From the NCBI GenBank assembly GCA_964540975.1, contig CAZIOQ010000006.1, positions 1 through 32,376 of the forward strand: a stretch of 32,376 nt of DNA, in the 5' to 3' direction. Source of the stretch: an uncultured Gammaproteobacteria bacterium (lineage in GTDB: Bacteria; Patescibacteriota; Microgenomatia; UBA12405; UBA6130). Of this stretch, positions 27,354 through 32,376 are shown piece after piece; the first letter of the stretch is position 1, and each line of letters begins with the position of its first letter. Below the pieces are notes generated by a model. That model searched no databases and was not told the DNA's origin. It saw nothing but the letters and a program-made list of their open reading frames with translations. The position numbers were made by a program, and so were the translations under genes.

Positions 27354-27527
27354 GTTACACGCATTTTAAGCATTCCTCCTTTCTTGGTAAGATAATCCGT
27401 GGCTGATTTTAAACCGATTTCATCCACTCGCTTAACTTAACCTCTAAAATGTATTGTAACTTGTTCATAAGATGAAAAAATTTTAAATTAAGGTATAATT
27501 AAACAATCAAAAAAATGAGGTTTAAGA

Positions 27528-28310
27528 ATGATTAAACTTTTGTGGCATTTAATTTTATATCAACCTTTGGCCAATGGCTTAATCGGCCTTTATCTTTTGT
27601 TTGGTAATCTGGGAATAGCCATCATTGGTTTAACCATCATTCTTCGTCTCCTTCTCTTCCCTCTCAGTCTTCCCTCAATGAAAGCAGCCAGCAAAATGAA
27701 ATCCATCGCCCCAAAATTGGCAAAATTAAAAAAACGTTATCAAGGCAACCCTCAAGGTTTAGCTAAAGCCCAAATGGAACTCTATCGCCAAGAAGGAATA
27801 AATCCTGCCAGTGGTTGTCTGCCCCAAATTCTCCAGGTTTTGATTTTATTTGCTCTTTATCAGGTTTTCCAGCAGGTTTTAGGCGCTTCTGATCACCAAG
27901 CAATTGAAAAAATAAACCAAATCCTTTATCCTTTTCTCCAACTTGATCCCGAAACCACTTTTAATCTTAGTTTTCTCTATCTTGATTTAAATCAGCCTGA
28001 TGTGATTAAAATTAGTAATTTACCGCTTTTGCCAGGGCCAATTTTACTCGCTGCAACCATAGTCCAGTTTATCTCTTCAAAAATAATGATGCCCGAAGTC
28101 AAACAAAAAGAAAAAATCAGTCAAAAAACTCCTCCTGTCGCTGATGATTTAGCGACAATGATGCAAAAACAATCTTTGTATCTTTTTCCTTTGATGACTT
28201 TGTTTATCGGCTTTCGTTTTCCTTCTGGCTTAGTTCTTTATTGGTTTGTTTTTTCTTTTTTTAATTTAGTCCAACAATTATTGGTTAATCAACAAATTGG
28301 CAAAACTTGA
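27528..28310 (+). CDS. yidC: Membrane protein insertase YidC/Oxa1 (short form)
   Basis: GIAIIGLTIILRLLLFPL, MELYRQEGINPASGCLP, PSGLVLYW. Confidence 0.95.
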   Translation: MIKLLWHLILYQPLANGLIGLYLLFGNLGIAIIGLTIILRLLLFPLSLPSMKAASKMKSIAPKLAKLKKRYQGNPQGLAKAQMELYRQEGINPASGCLPQILQVLILFALYQVFQQVLGASDHQAIEKINQILYPFLQLDPETTFNLSFLYLDLNQPDVIKISNLPLLPGPILLAATIVQFISSKIMMPEVKQKEKISQKTPPVADDLATMMQKQSLYLFPLMTLFIGFRFPSGLVLYWFVFSFFNLVQQLLVNQQIGKT

Positions 28311-28325
28311 TTGAAAATTAAGTTA

Positions 28326-28790
28326 ATGAATTCTAAAAATATTCTTGAATTTTTGGCAAAAGAGACCAAAAAATTGTTAGTCCTTCTTGATCAACCTTCA
28401 ACGGTCAAAATCGGTCAAGAAAAAGAGGTTTTTAAAATTCATCTCCAAACAGATCAGCCAGGGGTTTTGATTGGTTTTAAAGGCAAGACCCTAAATGCCT
28501 TACAAACTGTTTTGGGGCTGGCAGTTTTAAAAAGATTCGGGCCAGAAATCAAAATTTTGGTTGATGTTAATGATTATCGCCAAACCCAAGAAGAAAAACT
28601 TAAAAATCTAGCTCTTGAGGCAGCGGCCAGGGCAAAATCAGAAAAAAAATCAATTGCTTTACCACCAATGTCTGCTTTTGAACGAAGATTAATTCATCTT
28701 TTTCTTGCCGCTGATCCTGAAATCGAAACTGTCTCTGAAGATAAAGGCAACCAAAGACACGTGATCGTCAAACTTAAAAACCAAATTTAA
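28326..28790 (+). CDS. jag: Jag/EloR (KhpB) RNA-binding protein, KH + R3H domains
   Basis: LIGFKGKTLNALQ, VDVNDYR, LPPMSAFERRLIH; follows yidC (track start TTG 28311). Confidence 0.92.
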   Translation: MNSKNILEFLAKETKKLLVLLDQPSTVKIGQEKEVFKIHLQTDQPGVLIGFKGKTLNALQTVLGLAVLKRFGPEIKILVDVNDYRQTQEEKLKNLALEAAARAKSEKKSIALPPMSAFERRLIHLFLAADPEIETVSEDKGNQRHVIVKLKNQI

Positions 28791-28791
28791 G

Positions 28792-29769
28792 ATGAACAAA
28801 GTAGTTGTTATTGGCGGCGGTAGTGGGGCTTACACCGTATTAAGCGGACTTAAGTCTCTTCCCCAGATCAAATTAACGGCGATTGTTTCTATTGCTGACT
28901 CCGGTGGCAGTTCTGGCCAATTAAGAGACGAATTTGGCATTTTACCACCAGGAGACATTAGGCAAGCAATCTTAGCCCTGGCCGACCCGCCAATTGACTA
29001 TCTTGTTTTAAGGCAACTCTTTAATTTTAGATTCAGCAATGGCAGAGGATTAGATGGTCATTCTTTTGGCAATTTGATGTTTACTGCCCTAAAAGAAATT
29101 TTAGGCTCAGAAATCAAAGCGATTGGTGCCTTATCAAGAATGCTTCGTTTAAAAGGCAAAGTGCTGCCGATTTCTTTGGAAAAAACTCATTTGTGTGCTA
29201 GGCTGGAAGACGGAACAATTATTCGGGGGGAAAGCAATATTGATATTAGACTGATCAAGCCAGAATTAAAAATTTTGGATATTTTTCTTGATCCGTCAGC
29301 AAAGATTTATCACCGCGCTAAAAGAGCAATTTTAAAAGCTAATTGGCTCATTCTCGGCCCCGGCGATCTTTATACCAGCATCTTGCCCAATTTGATCGTC
29401 AAAGGCACCAACCAAGCTTTGGCCAAATCAAAAGCAAAAATAATTTATATCTGCAACCTAATGACTAAATATGGAGAAACAACTGGTTTTAGGGCTCAAG
29501 ATTTTGTCAATGAAATTATCAATTATCTAGGACCGGCCAAAAAGAATCTTGGTTATATCTTAATCAATAGCGACACCAAAATTCCTAACGAGATTGCTTC
29601 AAGATATCAAAAAGAGCGATCTTTTCCGGTCAAAATTGATCCCCAAAAAAAATTTCCTCCGAAAACAAAAATTATTAAAACGTCTTTAGCCGCCGCTGGT
29701 CAACTTTGGCGCCATGACCCAGAGAAGTTAAAAAAAACAATGGCAAAAATCATTTTTCATCAGCGTTAA
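28792..29769 (+). CDS. yvcK: YvcK/GlmR family (CofD-related) protein
   Basis: IGGGSG, DSGGSSG.LR..FG.LPPGDIR, GHSFGNL, GPGDLYTSILPNL, RHD. Confidence 0.92.
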   Translation: MNKVVVIGGGSGAYTVLSGLKSLPQIKLTAIVSIADSGGSSGQLRDEFGILPPGDIRQAILALADPPIDYLVLRQLFNFRFSNGRGLDGHSFGNLMFTALKEILGSEIKAIGALSRMLRLKGKVLPISLEKTHLCARLEDGTIIRGESNIDIRLIKPELKILDIFLDPSAKIYHRAKRAILKANWLILGPGDLYTSILPNLIVKGTNQALAKSKAKIIYICNLMTKYGETTGFRAQDFVNEIINYLGPAKKNLGYILINSDTKIPNEIASRYQKERSFPVKIDPQKKFPPKTKIIKTSLAAAGQLWRHDPEKLKKTMAKIIFHQR

Positions 29770-30812
29770 GACCAAACTCCGGCAATCTTTGCCTGACAAT
29801 ATTGACATTTCCCTTCTTTGATTCCCACCACATTGGCAACAAAAAATTCATTTCTTGAAATCAAGAGCTTGCCGCAAGAAGGGCAAAAAGTGGCTGAATG
29901 TTGGGGATCAAAAACATTACCGGTATAAACATATTTTAAACCAGCTTTTTTGCCAATTTGCCAAGCCTGTTTAAGTTTTGCCAACCCGGTTGGTTTTTTG
30001 TCAAGCATTTTAAAGTCCGGATGAAAAGCAGTTGTATGCCAAGGAATGTCTTGAGAAATTCCGGCGATGAACTTGGCAATTTGTTCTAATTCAAAAACAC
30101 TGTCGTTTAGACCAGGAATAACCAGGGTAGTTAACTCAATCCAAACTCCGGCCTGAAAATATCTTTTAATATTTTCCAAAACCGGCTCGATTTTGGCATG
30201 ACAAATTTTTTGATAAAAATCCGGCTTAAAGCTTTTTAAATCAATATTCGCCGCATCAAGATAATCTTTGGCCAATTCAAATGACTCTTTTGACTCAAAT
30301 CCATTAGTGACAAAAACATTTTTTAAACCCGCTTTTTTTGCTTCGGCCATTGTTGCTAAGGCATATTCAATAAATACCGCCGGTTCGTTATAGGTATAAG
30401 CGATTGAAAGACAATTTAAATCTTGAGCTAATTTTACGATCTGCTTCGGTGAAATATTTTCTGAATATTGAGAAATTAGCCTTAGCACCTCTTTTCTTGT
30501 TTTCCTTTTTGGAGACTGCGATTGAAACCAGTTTTGACAAAAATCACAGGCAAAATTACAACCTAAGGTACCAAAAGAAAGTGCTTTGCTCCCTGGTAAA
30601 AAATGGTAAAGAGGTTTTTTCTCCACTGGGTCAGGATGTAAACCAACTGCTTGATTCTCAACCATTAGATTTAATTTGCCGTTTAAATTTTCTCTCACTC
30701 CGCAAATGCCTATTTTTCCGGGAGGAATTCGGCAATACCAATGACAAGCCAAACATTGAATCCAATTGTGATCAAGTTTTTTAAAAAGTTTTTCTTTAAT
30801 CATTATCATCAT
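29766..30812 (-). CDS. amrS: AmmeMemoRadiSam system radical SAM enzyme
   Basis: CLAC...C.I..G..G.CGVR, DPVEKKPLYHFLPG, CNFACDFCQNW, YTYNEP, C-terminal CxxC pairs. Start may be 30803 or 30809. Confidence 0.92.
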   Translation of the reverse strand: MMIMIKEKLFKKLDHNWIQCLACHWYCRIPPGKIGICGVRENLNGKLNLMVENQAVGLHPDPVEKKPLYHFLPGSKALSFGTLGCNFACDFCQNWFQSQSPKRKTRKEVLRLISQYSENISPKQIVKLAQDLNCLSIAYTYNEPAVFIEYALATMAEAKKAGLKNVFVTNGFESKESFELAKDYLDAANIDLKSFKPDFYQKICHAKIEPVLENIKRYFQAGVWIELTTLVIPGLNDSVFELEQIAKFIAGISQDIPWHTTAFHPDFKMLDKKPTGLAKLKQAWQIGKKAGLKYVYTGNVFDPQHSATFCPSCGKLLISRNEFFVANVVGIKEGKCQYCQAKIAGVWS

Positions 30813-30952
30813 CAGTTTAACTTAAAATTTTGTTGCTAATCAAGTAAACAAAAATTAATCAGGATTGTCCCAAAACAATCTCAGCAAAAGAAAAAACGCC
30901 AATTAGTCTGGAAAAATTGCCAAAGACCCTAAAGCAATTTTAGGGAGCAAAT

Positions 30953-32212
30953 TTAAGGAGCAAAAAGAGCCCGATAAGCATTAACCAAACCAGAACCATA
31001 AAGATCATCCTTGCCTGTCGCTCCCAAATCTTCACTTGCCAACTCAAATCTCTGTTGAATTTCCGCCGGACTACAACTGCCATTGGCATCAAAATCGCAT
31101 TTTTCCGGCATTGACAAAAGCAAAGTAACCACGCCAGTAACGTGGGGAGTGGCCATCGAAGTTCCACTTAAAGTTTTATAACTTTTGTTTTTATAAGTAG
31201 AATAAATTTCTACCCCGGGCGCAGCCAAATCAACCTCAGGGCCGCGAGAAGACCAAGAAGCAATAGTTTTTGTTTTGTCAATTGCCGAAACGGCGATGAC
31301 TTCTGGATATTTAGCTGGATACAAAACTGAATTTGAATCAGGACCAGAATTACCGGCAGCAGCCACCACTGCTATCCCGGCCCTAACGGTTTTTTGAATT
31401 GCCTCATGAAAAGAAGCAACATCACTGGTTGTCCCCAAACTCAAATTAACCACCCCAACCTTGTTACTTACTGCCCAATCTAAAGCTTCAATTAGATCAG
31501 AAAGATAACCAGAACCATTTTTGTCCAAAACTTTAAGAGCATAAATTTTTGCCTGGGGAGCAACGCCGACAACACCAAAATTATTATTTTCTGCCCCAAT
31601 TATTCCTACCACATGAGTGCCATGACCATTGTCATCTTCACAGGTTTTTCGCGGGTTAATAAAATTAAGACAACCAACTAAATTGTCATCCAAATCAGGA
31701 TGGTTGCGATTCACGCCAGTATCCAAAACTGCTACCTTAATTCCCAAGCCGGCAGTTGCCGACCAAACTTTGTCCGCTTCAATCAGGGCCACTCCCCAAG
31801 GAAGAACTTGCGAGTTTTCTGCCACCGGGGTTGGAGTTGGTGTCGGAGAAGAAGTCGGTGTTGGTGTTGGTCGACACCAAGGAAGCCAAGGATAACGATC
31901 ACACAAGCTTAAGTTGGCAGGTTGCTTCGGCAAAGCAAAAACCTCAATATCAGGGTCTATCCTTAAAACTCGTGGATCAGCTGCTAATACTCCCGTTGTT
32001 TGCCTTGAAAGAAACACAGTTGCTCCGTTAATCAAACCAAGTCGTTTTTCCGGGGTCAAACGATAAGAGGTAAAAAGATTTTCCTTTTCCTGCTGAGAAA
32101 CTTCTGGTTTAAAAACAACAATTTTTCTTGCCAAAAATTCCCTGGCAAAAACCACTTTCTGGAGAAACAACAAGCTTAAACCAATTAAAAAATACCAAAA
32201 CCAGTTTTTCAT
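30953..32212 (-). CDS. Secreted S8 subtilisin-like serine protease with I9-like prodomain and Pro/Thr linker
   Basis: VAVLDTG, HGTHVVG, AAAGN, GTSMATPHV; signal peptide. Confidence 0.94.
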   Translation of the reverse strand: MKNWFWYFLIGLSLLFLQKVVFAREFLARKIVVFKPEVSQQEKENLFTSYRLTPEKRLGLINGATVFLSRQTTGVLAADPRVLRIDPDIEVFALPKQPANLSLCDRYPWLPWCRPTPTPTSSPTPTPTPVAENSQVLPWGVALIEADKVWSATAGLGIKVAVLDTGVNRNHPDLDDNLVGCLNFINPRKTCEDDNGHGTHVVGIIGAENNNFGVVGVAPQAKIYALKVLDKNGSGYLSDLIEALDWAVSNKVGVVNLSLGTTSDVASFHEAIQKTVRAGIAVVAAAGNSGPDSNSVLYPAKYPEVIAVSAIDKTKTIASWSSRGPEVDLAAPGVEIYSTYKNKSYKTLSGTSMATPHVTGVVTLLLSMPEKCDFDANGSCSPAEIQQRFELASEDLGATGKDDLYGSGLVNAYRALFAP

Positions 32213-32218
32213 TGTTTC

Positions 32219-32227
32219 ATTCTAACA
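32219..32227 (-). promoter_or_regulatory. Extended -10 (TGtTAGAAT) positioned for a leaderless S8 mRNA
   Basis: TGTTAGAAT-GAAACA-ATG. Confidence 0.55.
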
Positions 32228-32376
32228 CTAAAAGAAATTACTGTCAACTGCATCAATATGTTTGGGGAACTTTTCAGAGCGCAATATTTTCCTTTGAAAC
32301 GAGACAATTCAACATTTTTCCACCAATTGTGGACAATGTTTTTGATCTATTTGCTCTCTCTTCATACTATATATAC

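Noticed and set aside
27037-27427. Minus-strand ORFs 27037-27264 and 27236-27427
   Set aside because: Better explained as antisense shadows of the SPFH relic on the + strand.
31826-31872. Short tandem repeat in the S8 gene
   Set aside because: An ordinary Pro/Thr linker codon repeat.

Overview
AT-rich bacterial window using genetic code 11 (TGA is a stop). It is most likely Patescibacteria/CPR, Microgenomates-like; this is inferred from the tandem VirB2-like pilins, Pro/Thr linkers, and an intron-containing rRNA unit unlinked from 16S. Contents in order: (1) a membrane-anchored beta-propeller gene, then smpB and tmRNA; (2) an ATP-grasp ligase/aspartyl-protease fusion with a 7TM partner; (3) an orphan 676-682 aa gene; (4) a minus-strand surface locus of six VirB2/TrbC-like pilins, a secreted clan-A glycoside hydrolase and a VirB6/TrbL-like protein; (5) trxB, rho, an Ig-like protein, a CHAP-domain membrane protein, a DHH phosphoesterase and rpsA; (6) a 16S-less tRNA-Ala-23S-5S unit; (7) a doubly frameshifted GT-C-like gene and an SPFH gene relic; (8) yidC-jag-yvcK, an AmmeMemo radical SAM and an S8 protease. 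The most unusual signals are: the smpB stop codon lies inside the tmRNA acceptor stem, so tmRNA maturation should leave a non-stop smpB mRNA (candidate feedback loop); a group IA intron with a broken I-CreI-like endonuclease sits inside the 23S sarcin-ricin loop (after U2656, E. coli numbering); a terminator/antiterminator switch lies between a consensus promoter and the tRNA-Ala-23S-5S unit; two neighbouring pilin genes share a perfect 82-bp block; and the peptidyl-transferase region carries natural variants at antibiotic-resistance positions (e.g. U2576, U2032). All assignments were made by eye; no database searches were run.
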